Part shown: piece after piece, positions 51,898 through 63,798 of the stretch | How the letters are laid out: every line of letters starts with the position of its first letter | Position numbering within the stretch: the stretch's first letter is position 1 | DNA from: Eledone cirrhosa | Lineage: Eukaryota | DNA length: 64,000 nt | Assembly (NCBI GenBank): GCA_964016885.1 | Contig: OZ024764.1 | Location: forward strand, 7,130,001-7,194,000 | Reading direction: 5' to 3' | Notes under the pieces: model-generated | What the model was told of the DNA's origin: nothing | The model's database searches: none | Seen by the model: only the letters and a program-made list of their open reading frames with translations | Translations under genes and position numbers: made by a program

Positions 51898-52249
51898 ATA
51901 TATGTTTCATCAAACCACCAAGGTGAAGAATATATTAAATATAGATAGTACGGTTCATAGAACTCAATTAAAGGAATAAATTAAGGTATGTGAAGCTACT
52001 ATGATAGCTATCGACACCCAGACAGCTTTAAGGTAGAACTGTTTCACAATTCTGTGAAGAGAGACATTGGTTTGATTGTTTACCAATGGATATTTGAGCA
52101 ATATAATTCTCACTACTAAATTTCTTAGAAGTATAATACGCATGTGTTAGAAGAGGAAAAGCACATGGGTATCGCGTGCAGAGCAGTACAAACAGAATGT
52201 ACAGCTTCTAAAAAAGTAAGCAGCCGGAACCATTTGATATATTAAAAGC

Positions 52250-52446
52250 TCAACATGGCCTGCAGACCCTCACAAGCCATTCATCTACACCAAGTTTCCT
52301 AAGTGGGACCCTGTCAAAGTATTTCTTTAGATCTACAAATGTTAGGTTCAGTGGTTTACCCTTAACTAAATGCCTCTCCTGTAGTTGTCTCACTAGAAAG
52401 AGGGCATTAGTAATACTTCTACCTGGCAATACTTCAAACTGCATCC
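52250..52446 (-). mobile_element. RTE RT fragment
   Basis: MQFEVLPGRSITNALFLVRQLQE...FVDLKKYFDRVP. Confidence 0.85.
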
Positions 52447-52639
52447 ATAGAACATGTGCAAATTTCTTCTTTTCTGTTTCTCCCCTTGTTAGATATTATT
52501 CTGTGGGGGACTCCGAGCCAATCCTCTATGAAATCCATGTAGCAGATAGTTACACAATAAAAAACTAACTACATGTAAAAGAAACTTCATCGTTTCTTTT
52601 AATATGTATGTGTCTCTGTGTGAATAAAACTTCAATTAA

Positions 52640-53349
52640 CTCTTTAGTATTCACATTACTCTATATATACTATTGTATTTTCACAGAAAAGGCTTTACCT
52701 CACATAATATCTCACATAACATTTATATTACTCTATATATACTATTGTATTTTCACAGAAAAGGCTTTACCTCACATAATATCTCACATAACATTTACAT
52801 TACTCTATATATACTATTGTATTTTCACAGAAAAGGCTTTACCTCACATAATATCTCACATAACATTTACATTACTCTATATATACTATTGTATTGTCAC
52901 AGTAAAGGCTTTACCTCACATAATATCTCACATAACATTTACATTACACTATATATACTATTGTATTGTCACAGTAAAGGCTTTACCTCACATAATATCT
53001 CATAACATTTACATTACTCTATATATACTATTGTATTTTCACAGTAAAGGCTTTACCCCACATAATATCTCACATAACATTTACATTACTCTATATATAC
53101 TATTGTATTTTCACAGTAAAGGCTTTACCCCACATAATATCTCACATAACATTTACATTACTCTATATATACTATTGTATTGTCACAGTAAAGGCTTTGC
53201 GTCACATAATATCGAATCTATGAGATTTTGATATTATATATTTTGAGAACAATACCTTAACATAATTATGAGTGGCCAGTTACAACTGGTTTGAACAGAA
53301 AGAGATGAGAGAATTCTGGCCAGATGTGGCTGGTTTAAATGTTAAAGGA
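52640..53349. mobile_element. second copy of the piggyBac-like MITE, with an internal 72-bp segment amplified ~7.5 times
   Basis: Collinear with 29481-29688 outside the array at 52652-53210. Preceded by TTAA. Confidence 0.8.
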
Positions 53350-53358
53350 ATAATTCAC

Positions 53359-53450
53359 CTTCTTCTATGAAACTTGGTCAATATCCAGAGTTTTGTGTAT
53401 CGTAAAGCCACAGTGAAGACATTCTGGTGAAAACTGTCGGTGAGATATAC
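53359..53450 (-). CDS. M13 peptidase exon: VYLTDSFHQNVFTVALRYTKLWILTKFHRR
   Basis: ctctttatatttcag / gtgaat boundaries, 92 nt. Phase 0-2 bridges its neighbours. Weak match to the EDEYFENI helix region. Confidence 0.8.
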
Positions 53451-53504
53451 CTGAAATATAAAGAGAATTACAAATATACAAGATAATTAATATAAAGAGT
53501 AACG

Positions 53505-56326
53505 CAGTGATTCCCAAGATGTAGTGCACACCCTACAGGGGAACAATTTCAATATTTCAGGGGTGCAGTTTGAAAATGATGTTAATTAGAACAAACTTCA
53601 GGTTTTACCTTATTACATTTACACCAAGGCAACTTTGGTGCACATTACTGTCAGAAACTCCTGTCTCCCCTCCTCCACCACTGGCACCACCTATATGGTA
53701 GACATTACTGTCAGAAACTCCTGTCTCCCCTCCTCCACCACTGGCACCACCTATATGGTAGACATTACTGTCAGAAACTCCTGTCTCCCCACCACCACCA
53801 CTGGCACCACCTATATGGTACACATTACTGTCAGAAACTCCTGTCTCCCCTCCACCACTGGCACCACCTATATGGTAGACATTACTGTCAGAAACTCCTG
53901 TCTCCCCTCCACCACTGGCACCACCTATATGGTAGACATTACTGTCAGAAACTCCTGTCTCCCCTCCTCCACCACTGGCACCACCTATATGGTACACATT
54001 ACTGTCAGAAACTCCTGTCTCCCCTCCTCCAACACTGGCACCACCTATATGGTAGACATTACTGTCAGAAACTCCTGTCTCCCCTCCTCCACCACTGGCA
54101 CCACCTATATGGTAGACATTACTGTCAGAAACTCCTGTCTCCCCTCCTCCAACACTGGCACCACCTATATGGTAGACATTACTGTCAGAAACTCCTGTCT
54201 CCCCTCCTCCAACACTGGCACCACCTGTATGGTAGACATTACTGTCAGAAACTCCTGTCTCCCCTCCTCCAACACTGGCACCACCTGTATGGTAGACATT
54301 ACTGTCAGAAACTCCTGTCTCCCCTCCTCCACCACTGGCACCACCTATATGGTACACATTACTGTCAGAAACTCCTGTCTCCCCTCCTCCACCACTGGCA
54401 CCACCTGTATGGTAGACATTACTGTCAGAAACTCCTGTCTCCCCTCCACCACTGGCACCACCTATATGGTAGACATTACTGTCAGAAACTCCTGTCTCCC
54501 CTCCACCACTGGCACCACCTATATGGTAGACATTACTGTCAGAAACTCCTGTCTCCCCTCCACCACTGGCACCACCTATATGGTAGACATTACTGTCAGA
54601 AACTCCTGTCCCCCCTCCACCACTGGCACCACCTATATGGTAGACATTACTGTCAGAAACTCCTGTCTCCCCTCCACCACTGGCACCACCTATATGGTAG
54701 ACATTACTGTCAGAAACTCCTGTCTCCCCTCCACCACTGGCACCACCTATATGGTAGACATTACTGTCAGAAACTCCTGTCTCCCCTCCACCACTGGCAC
54801 CACCTATATGGTAGACATTACTGTCAGAAACTCCTGTCCCCCCTCCACCACTGGCACCACCTATATGGTAGACATTACTGTCAGAAACTCCTGTCTCCCC
54901 TCCACCACTGGCACCACCTATATGGTAGACATTACTGTCAGAAACTCCTGTCTCCCCTCCACCACTGGCACCACCTATATGGTAGACATTACTGTCAGAA
55001 ACTCCTGTCTCCCCTCCACCACTGGCACCACCTGTATGGTACACATTACTGTCAGAAACTCCTGTCTCCCCTCCTCCACCACTGGCACCACCTATATGGT
55101 ACACATTACTGTCAGAAACTCCTGTCTCCCCTCCTCCACCACTGGCACCACCTGTATGGTAGACATTACTGTCAGAAACTCCTGTCTCCCCTCCTCCACC
55201 ACTGGCACCACCTATATGGTAGACATTACTGTCAGAAACTCCTGTCTCCCCTCCTCCACCACTGGCACCACCTATATGGTAGACATTACTGTCAGAAACT
55301 CCTGTCTCCCCTCCACCACTGGCACCACCTATATGGTAGACATTACTGTCAGAAACTCCTGTCTCCCCTCCACCACTGGCACCACCTGTATGGTAGACAT
55401 TACTGTCAGAAACTCCTGTCCCCCCTCCACCACTGGCACCACCTATATGGTACACATTACTGTCAGAAACTCCTGTCTCCCCTCCACCACTGGCACCACC
55501 TATATGGTACACATTACTGTCAGAAACTCCTGTCTCCCCTCCACCACATGTTATTGTACATCTGACACCACCTATATGGTACACATTACTGTCAGAAACT
55601 CCTGTCTCCCTTCCATCACATGTTATTGTACATCTGACACCACCTATATGGTACACATTACTGTCAGAAACTCCTGTCTCCCCTCCACCACATGTTATTG
55701 TACATCTGACACCACCTATATGGTACACATTACTGTCAGAAACTCCTGTCTCCCCTCCACCACATGCTATTGTACATCTGACACCACCTATATGGTACAC
55801 ATTACTGTCAGAAACTCCTGTCTCCCTTCCATCACATGTTATTGTACATCTGACACCACCTATATGGTAGACATTACTGTCAGAAACTCCTGTCTCCCCT
55901 CCACCACATGTTATTGTACATCTGACACCACCTATATGGTAGACATTACTGTCAGAAACTCCTGTCTCACCTCCACCACATGTTATTGTACATCTGACAC
56001 CACCTATAGGGTAGATATTACTGTCAGAAACTCCTGTCTCACCTCCACCACATGTTATTGTACATCTGACACCACCTATAGGGTACACATTACTGTCAGA
56101 AACTCCTGTCTCACTTGTACATGTTATTGTGCATCTGGCACTACCTATACACCAATTTGTTTACACTTTGCAGTTAATCATTGCTGTATTCATATCAAAG
56201 GGGACATTGTCATATCAAAGGCAGGCATTGTCATATTGAAGCTGGGAAATTTCATATGGAAAGTGGACATAACAATTTTTGAGATGTTAAGTTGTGTCAT
56301 GGTGCACAAAAGGTTGGGAACCACTG
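53505..56326. mobile_element. second hAT-type MITE copy (opposite orientation), inflated by a 57/60/72-bp minisatellite (53640-56110, ~40 units)
   Basis: Ends CAGTGATTCCCAA / TTGGGAACCACTG. The interior is homologous to the reverse complement of 29804-30260. No TSD is visible. Confidence 0.8.
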
Positions 56327-56682
56327 TTTTACACTGTATCTTAATTATCCTGGATATAAGTGGTTCCTAACCTTTTGTGCACCATGCCCCAGCTCAACAT
56401 TTCAAGTAGCAGGTTTTACATTTCAGAAATTTAGCATGTCATAACTGTATATACACATGTATAGATACATGCATCTGATAATGAAAATTATTGTGTACAG
56501 TGCTCAGGTGCACTACAACTCATCAAATGTACACATATAATTCAAAACATCCAGATTCACACAAACAACATCAATTCCAGCACACACATACACACAAACA
56601 TATACATACATATTTACATAGTTGAAAGAGTCTTGTTTCTATGTTAGAAACTGGCTCCCTCTATTGGTGAACATTTATAAAA

Positions 56683-56886
56683 TAATGATTTCTACCTTAG
56701 GCACAGTTTGTGGGGAGGGGAAAGTCGATTAAATTGACCTCAGTGCATTACTGGTACTTTATTGTATCAACCCCATAAGGTTGAAAGGCAAAGCTAACCT
56801 CAGCGTGATTTGAACTCAGAATGTAAAGGGAAGCAACTCTATGCTGTAAAGTATGGTGTCTGACGCTCTACTGATTCTGCCAATTG
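56683..56886 (-). mobile_element. tRNA-derived SINE
   Basis: Reverse complement of the 11560-11775 family. Confidence 0.8.
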
Positions 56887-56934
56887 ACCATTACAAAACA
56901 ATAAAACCAGAAAAATATACACATATACATAACA

Positions 56935-58200
56935 ACGCGGTGTCATCGTCAAACTGCTGAAGAAGGGAAATCTGGCCGACTGCAACTAATCTGGTTTAGT
57001 ATCACATTGCTGTCAGTGCCACGCAAGGCATTCTGTACTGTGCTGTTACGTTGACTCTGGCAGGCTGTCGACTCTGTGCTCCGGGAAGAACAAGCCGGCT
57101 TTCGAAACAATTACTCTGGTACCGAACAGATCTTCACACTACGCAACATCTTTGAACTCTGCATTGAATTCCAGCAACCTTTGGTGGTCAACTTCATTGA
57201 TTTCCAGAAAGCCTTCAACAGTGTACATTGGGAATCGATGTGGAATATCGCGCACTCATAGTGCATTTGTGCAAGATTCATCGCCATTTTCAAGGCCCTG
57301 TACGTAGACTCTAGCTGCTGCGTGCAAGCTGAGTCTGGTGTGACGGAGTTCTTTGACATTGTCTCCGGAATCAGACGGTTGCATTCTCTACCCGTTGCTG
57401 TTTCTGTTGACAGCTGATTTCATTCTAAGGCGAACAGATGAAGGACCCGGTCGAGGAATCCCATGGAGAGGCCAGTCGAGGCTGAGGGAACTGGTATGCT
57501 GATGACATTGCTTTGATCGCTAAACACCCTGCAGATCTGCAAGAGGGCGTGCAAAAGATCGGCCTGAGAATCAACACCAAAAAGACCAAGGTGATAAGAA
57601 CAGTGAACAATACAGGTCCAGCAATCAGAATCAACCAAGACCTGCAAGAAGTCGATCACTTCACCTATCTGGACAGCATCCTGGCAAGCAATAGCAATGA
57701 TATCAACTGTTGGATCGGTAAAGGAGCCGCAGTTTTCCAGCAGATGCGCCCAGTCTGGTCATCTTCATGCATCAGCACCAGGATCAAGCTGTGCCTGTAC
57801 AAGAACATCGCACTGCCAACAGTGCTGCAAGTGAAACCTGGAAGAGCACAGCATGATCCTTCATGCGTCCTGGCGCGACCAGGTGCAAATACGAGGAAAT
57901 CCTGCTGAGAGCCGAGTCATGGAGGCTACAGAAGATGGTCACGGAATGCCAGTGCCGCCTGGCTGGCCATATTCTGTGCCTACCCGACAAACAACACTCG
58001 AAAACAGCGTTGAACTGGACTCCACCTGGCAGCAAACGGAGGTGGGGTTGCCCCAGGATCACCTGGTGGTGAATGTTCCGAAAAGACCAGATGGCAGCCA
58101 ACATCACTTGGCACGGATACGAAAAAGGCGCCACTTATCGTGACCATTGGTGACTACTTACTGCTCGATGTGCCGAACGGCGCAGAAGAACGTAAAACTA
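56935..58200 (+). mobile_element. decayed RTE LINE (other family)
   Basis: LREEQAGFR...QIFTLRNI...NFIDFQKAF, YADDIAL, DHFTYL, LAGHIL...ALNWTPPG. Confidence 0.88.
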
Positions 58201-58475
58201 AAATACTACATACATACATATGCAGCTCCAACTGTTTTAATCCCCTTATTACTATACGAAAGCAGTTAACCTTGTGGGCCTAATGATATACTTCATACAC
58301 AGCACAGGGTCTTCTTTTGGGCAATATTTTCTGACTGAATGCCCTTCCTTTTAGTTACCTCTTACAAGACACTAGGATACAGTGTGTCTACTCTAAACCA
58401 GATACACATAGCAACATCATTTAAATGTAAACATGAGAAATAATTTCTAGAAAGATAGGTTAAAAGTGAGCTTAC

Positions 58476-58553
58476 ATTTTGATATCCTCTAATTAAGTCT
58501 GCTTTGATAAGGTTTGGTTGAGGAAAACCTATATTGATATGATTTCCCAGCTC
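58476..58553 (-). CDS. M13 peptidase exon: ELGNHINIGFPQPNLIKADLIRGYQN
   Basis: tttttgttcag / gtaagc boundaries, 78 nt. IGFP corresponds to the IGYP motif. Confidence 0.88.
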
Positions 58554-58824
58554 CTGAACAAAAATATTTGATAAAAATACAAATGGTAATACATAGGACA
58601 ACAAACTGAAAAGTGAAGTGTACACACATACACACATGTATACAAAACACACGCTATATATGTCTCCTACCTGTTTGTATTTACTGTTGTTGTGCTAGAA
58701 ACTATGGCCACATTCATTTGCTTGTTTTATTCTTTCTTAATTTTATGTTTACTCTGGATGAAAATGTATTAAAGTTTTGCACCACTGAGTGTTTTGTGAT
58801 TGTCTCAAACAATTTGATTGGTAT

Positions 58825-59130
58825 CAGCTTTTTTTCCATGGCACCTCCACGACCACTTTACAGTGTGGACTGGGTGTTTTTTGTTGTGACACCTACACGA
58901 CCTCTTTAGATTGGTCTGGATGTTGTGGTTCCAACATAACTTTACAGAGAAAGGGTGGTGTTGGCGGGAGTGGGAGGATGGAGTAGGGGCAGTGGGATGG
59001 GGTGTATATTTGGTTAAGAGGTGCCTACTGACTGTAGGTTTCGCTTTGTACATAGGCAAGGCGGGTCTTCTGTATTACTGTGTGGTGCCAAAGATCTTGA
59101 TCCAGTGACATTGTCTTAGTGAGGTGAAAC
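58825..59130 (-). mobile_element. old RTE 3' end fragment
   Basis: GGCACCTCCACGACCACTTTACAGTGTGGACTGGGTG is similar to the RTE 3' UTR. Confidence 0.6.
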
Positions 59131-59164
59131 TATTATTATATATATATTATATTGGGAAAGAATA

Positions 59165-61892
59165 ACAGATACGCTAGATTTTATCCTCATCAGAGGACGT
59201 GACAGATGGACGGTCGTAAACACAAAAGCCTTCCCTAGTGAGGAATGTACATCCCAACATAGCTTAGTTGTCAGCGACCTCACGGTCAGAACTAGACGAG
59301 CCCTGAAACAGAGGCCAACCTGGAGAAGAAAGATCTGGAAGCTGAAAGTCCCCTCAACCAGTAACAGATTTAAAGATATTTTACTCAACGCCTACGACAG
59401 TAAAGAAGAACAGATAGAGACATTTAACGTAGAAGAGAACTGGGAGTTCCTAAAAAATAACTTACTAGAGGCGACGGATGAGGTTTGTGGCTGGAGTAAG
59501 ACCTCAAGCAGGAGGAGAGTGACTTGGTGGTGGAACAATAAGGTAGATGAAGCAGTCAAGGCCAAGAGACAGGCATGGAAAGAATGGAAGAACGGGGGGA
59601 GCAGGGTACATTACATAGAGACCAAGAGGGAAGCTAGGCGACAAGTATACTTAGCTAGGAGGGAAGCAGAGGATAGAAAATTCAAGCATGTTTTACAACG
59701 TGAGGACCAGAAACAGGAGGTATTCAAGATTGCGAGGCAGTGTGTCAGAGATAGTTGTGATGTCATTGGAGAGAAGTGTATCCGGAATGATAAAGGTGAG
59801 CTTGCCCTCACAAGTGCTGAGAAGAAAGATGCATGGAAGAGTCATTATGATAGATTACTAAATGAGGAGAATGCATGGGAAGAAGAGACCCTACCCCACG
59901 TAGACCCTATAGAGGGACCAGCAGTACAAGTCAGCGGCAGCGTAGTAAGTAAGGCAATCAGAGATATGAAGATAGGGAAGGCAACCGGTCCATCGGGTGT
60001 AGCTGCCGAGATGCTGAAGGCATCTGGGTCTGTAGGTCACACTATAACCACACGTATCGTTAACCAGGTAATACTAGAGGGGGCCATACCAAAAGATTGG
60101 TGCAGTAGCATCATTGTCAACTGCTACAAAGGTAAAGGCGATGCACTAGATAGAGGAAACTATAGAGGTATAAAGTTGATGGACCAGGTCATGAAAGTAA
60201 CAGAAAGAGTTATAGCACAGCTGATTAGGGACCGGGTGAATATAGACGAGATGCAATTTGGGTTTGTACCAGGGAAAGGCACCACTGATGCCCTCTTCCT
60301 TGTGAGGCAATTACAGGAAAAGTACCTAGCTAAAAGTAAGCCACTCTACTTGGCATTTGTCGACCTTGAGAAAGCCTTTGACAGAGTTCCACGTGCAGTA
60401 ATCTGGTGGGCTCTTAGAAAACTAGGAGTAGATGAATGGCTTGTGAAAGCGGTACAAGCCATGTATAGGGGAGCAGTCAGCAAAGTTAGGATTGGCAATG
60501 AGTATAGCGAGGAATTTAGCGTACAGGTTGGGGTCCACCAGGGCTCTGTTCTTAGCCCTCTCCTGTTCATCATAGTCCTGCAGGCAATAACGGAGGAGTT
60601 TAAGACCGGATGCCCATGGGAACTCCTGTATGCTGATGACCTCGCACTCATAGCTGAATCTATGGTAGAACTAGAGAATAAATTCCAAACCTGGAAGCAG
60701 GGACTAGAGAGAAAGGGCCTCAAAGTCAACATGACAAAGACTAAGGTCCTTATAAGTAGACGAGAAAACAGAACCCAGATCCCCTCAGGGAAATGGCCTT
60801 GCTCAGTATGTAGGAAAGGTGTAGGTAGGAACTCCATTCTCTGCCCCAAATGCAAACAATGGGTACACAAGAGATGTAGCGGGATCTCAGGAAGCTTAAT
60901 TAAGAATGTAGTATTCACATGCAGCAGTTGTGCTGAAACAGCAAGCAAACAGCCACAGGAAACAAGTACCACCAATCTCTGGGAGGGCCCTGTAGAAACA
61001 GTAGACAGCTTCTGCTACCTAGGTGACCGAATTAGCAACGGAGGTGGGTGCTCAGAAAGTACAATAACTAGGGTAAGAACGGGATGGAAGAAGTTTAGGG
61101 AACTACTACCACTGCTAGCTGCAAAAGGCTTCTCCTTCAGAATGAAAGGCAGACTGTATGATGCGTGTATCCGAACAGCGATGTTGTATGGTAGTGAGAC
61201 CTGGGCGCTGAAGGTGGAAGACTTACGTAGATTAGAGAGAAACGAAGCCTGCATGCTCCGATGGATGTGTAACAGTAATATACGTGAACGACAAAGCATA
61301 AAGGAATTGAGAGAGAGACTGAGCATAAGAGGAATCAAATGCTGCGTGCAGGAGAGGCGGTTACGCTGGTATGGACATGTGATGCGTATGAAGGATGACA
61401 GCTGCATAAAAAGGTGCAGAGCACTAGAAGTTGATGGAAACCGCGGAGTGAGGAGACCCAAGATGACTTGGGATGAGGTGATAAAAGCCGACCTTACCCA
61501 ACTACACCTCTCAAAGTCAATGACACACGACCGTGACTTCTGGCGTCACGCAGTAATACAGGGTACCCGACCTCCCATGGGTACATGCTGAAGCATATAA
61601 ACAATATGCCCCCACACCGCAAGGTGGTCGTGGAGGTGCCACGGCAAAAAAGCACCCAGCCCACACTGTAAAGTGGACGTGTAGGCGCCACGAAAAAGCA
61701 CCCAGCACTCACTGTAAATGAGGTTGGTGTTAGGAAGGGCATCCAGCTGTAGAAATCAAGCCAGATCAGTTCCTGTATGAGCAAGGCATGGTCAGCCGAC
61801 CAGACACTGCCCACAACAGGACAACCCGTCTAACCCATGCTAGCGTGGAAGAACGGACGTAAAACGGTGATGATGATGATGATGATGATGAT
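59165..61892 (+). mobile_element. young 5'-truncated RTE LINE with an uninterrupted RT ORF and (GAT)n tail (intronic, antisense to gene)
   Basis: 690-aa ORF 59519-61591 with all RT motifs and a C4HC3 finger, preceded by the end of the APE domain. Tail at 61868-61892. Confidence 0.96.
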
Positions 61893-62179
61893 ATATATAC
61901 ACACACATATACACTAAATATATGTGTGTGGGTGTGTAAAGAAATAACCATCAGAGGATAGAATGAGAAATAAAAGGTGAAATAGACAGATAGAGAGTAA
62001 GAAGAGGAAGGAACAGAGAAAAGATTTTGAGAAAGTTTTGATGAAAAATATGTGAATTCTGTCAGCCATTTTGGAGAATAAGAAATATATCTATCCGTGT
62101 GTTATTGATGAATGTGAGAAAAAGTACTCAATGCTGAAGTAGAGTTTGAATATTCATTTATTATGACTAAGTGGTGAAC

Positions 62180-62228
62180 CTTGTTACTCTGGAGTTTCAC
62201 TTACACACTTGCAGGCTCATCAGATAAG
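62180..62228 (-). ncRNA. minimal hammerhead ribozyme motif, sense to the M13 pre-mRNA
   Basis: The minus strand reads CTTAT CTGATGA GCCTGCA-AGTG-TGTAAGT GAAA CTCCAGAG TA ACAAG. GUA triplet, one stem I mismatch. Confidence 0.65.
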
Positions 62229-62231
62229 ACT

Positions 62232-62272
62232 CTTGTCTGATGATCCTGCAGGTGAAACTCCAGAGTAACAAG
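62232..62272 (+). ncRNA. minimal hammerhead ribozyme motif
   Basis: CTTGT CTGATGA TCCTGCAGGT GAAA CTCCAGAG TA ACAAG. Perfect 5-bp stem I, palindromic stem II, CTC/GAG stem III, GUA triplet. Confidence 0.7.
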
Positions 62273-62509
62273 GCTCACTACTTGCCAGACTTGATTCATA
62301 AGTGGGACCACCCAGTCCCACAATATTCGTGTGGTTGGTGTTAGAAAAGGCATCCAGCAATTGTAAAAATCCCAACCAAAACACAGGTCCTACTATGATC
62401 AGGGTACAACGTGGCCAACTGGCCAGACCTACCTCCTAATGGGACCATCTAGTTTTATAGTTCTACTACAAGCAGGGTACGCATGGCCAACTGACCAGAC
62501 CCTCTCATA

Positions 62510-62740
62510 AGAGTGTGGTACCCCTAACATGGCCGTAGTCTAATGACTGAAACCAGTAAATAAATAAAAGAGTGTGGTACCCCTAACATGGCCGTAGTCT
62601 AATGACTGAAACCAGTAAATAAATAAAAGAGTGTGGTTCCCCCAACATGGCCGTAGTCTAATGACTGAAACCAGTAAATAAATAAAAGAGTGTGGTACCC
62701 CCAACATGGCCGTAGTCTAATGACTGAAACCAGTAAATAA
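62510..62740 (+). repeat. 59-bp tandem repeat, 4 copies, SINE-tail-like
   Basis: AGAGTGTGGTACCCCTAACATGGCCGTAGTCTAATGACTGAAACCAGTAAATAAATAAA. It ends ~40 bp from a splice donor. Confidence 0.88.
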
Positions 62741-62778
62741 TTTTTAAAAAAAGGAAAAGTCCCTGCAGAAAAATTTAC

Positions 62779-62883
62779 CTTGAGTTTTGCTAAGGCAGAT
62801 GTTTTACTCCAGTTGTCTAACCAGTCAGTTTCTTCTATAACTTCTTTTGTTGCTTCCAACAGATAAACACCAATGGAATCGGC
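62779..62883 (-). CDS. M13 peptidase exon: ADSIGVYLLEATKEVIEETDWLDNWSKTSALAKLK
   Basis: tatccag / gtaaat boundaries, 105 nt. Aligns to LTWMDAETKKRAEEK. Confidence 0.92.
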
Positions 62884-63684
62884 CTGGATATACAATATAA
62901 AGAAAAGAGAACTGTATCTATACATGGATGTACCATATTTGATGGTTTATAAGGTGCACAACAATTTGGGCAGGTTTTTAAAAACAATAACAAATAAATG
63001 GGTTTAAACTACAAACAGCAGTTATAAAGTTTGTATGTCATAAGGAAGTGTTAAAATTTAATTTAAGGGCCACTGCAGCACAAGAATTCCATGTGTTATA
63101 ATATATAGAGAGGGTGGTTTTAATATATAGAGAAAGGGATGGGTTTCTATATAGAGAGAGGGGGGTTTTAATAGAGAGAGACGGGATTATCCGTGAATTT
63201 TTTCACGGGTCCAGCTAGTATATTTAAATACATATGTAGTTTTAATAATAAAACTACTTCTGGGCAGCATGGTATAGCAAGTTGCATGAGACACTGGAAT
63301 AGTTCCTTTATTTTCGTTGGAAGAAGAGATGTTAATCTTGAAATATCAGGACATAAAAATAAATTAAGGTTATAATAAACTACTTAACTGCATTCCTGAG
63401 AACTTTTTATTCTTTTCTTTGTAAATTGTGTATGATCCTTTTTCTTTTATGCACCTTTATTATAATTTAATTTAATATATGGCTAGTGAAATAAATGTTA
63501 AGAGAAAAATAAATTATTACAAAATGTTCCTTTTAACTAATGAATTGATTTTTCCATTTGCAGATAGAAAAATTAAAATATTTATTTTTAAATTGAGGCT
63601 CCTGAGGTGTGTGGTCCTAAGTTTTAAAGTAAGGTAAGTCCAGCACTGTTTGTCATTATCTTACAGAAACATTATTCTATTTAC

Positions 63685-63798
63685 CATGTAATGTTGTTGC
63701 ACATCAAAATGTTTTCTTCTATACATCCAGCTGAGTACATCATTCATCAGTGTCGCAATGTTGAAACACAAGTTAGTTTCTTTTGTTGAATTAATAAA
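63685..63798 (-). CDS. M13 peptidase exon, most 5' in the window: FINSTKETNLCFNIATLMNDVLSWMYRRKHFDVQQHYM
   Basis: cttttctccttatcag / gtaaat boundaries, 114 nt, open in phase 0. Aligns to [25 protein letters not shown]. The gene continues beyond the window. Confidence 0.82.

Noticed and set aside
53605-56370. 911-aa and 827-aa repetitive ORFs resembling mucin or adhesive proteins
   Set aside because: They are open only because the unit lengths are multiples of 3. The repeat derives from a MITE interior within an intron, and no ATG start or signal peptide is evident.
62510-62740. CTAATGA-CT-GAAAC in the 59-bp repeat as tandem hammerheads
   Set aside because: The core is CTAATGA rather than CTGANGA, with no stem II and no stem I pairing. 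It looks like a SINE tail.
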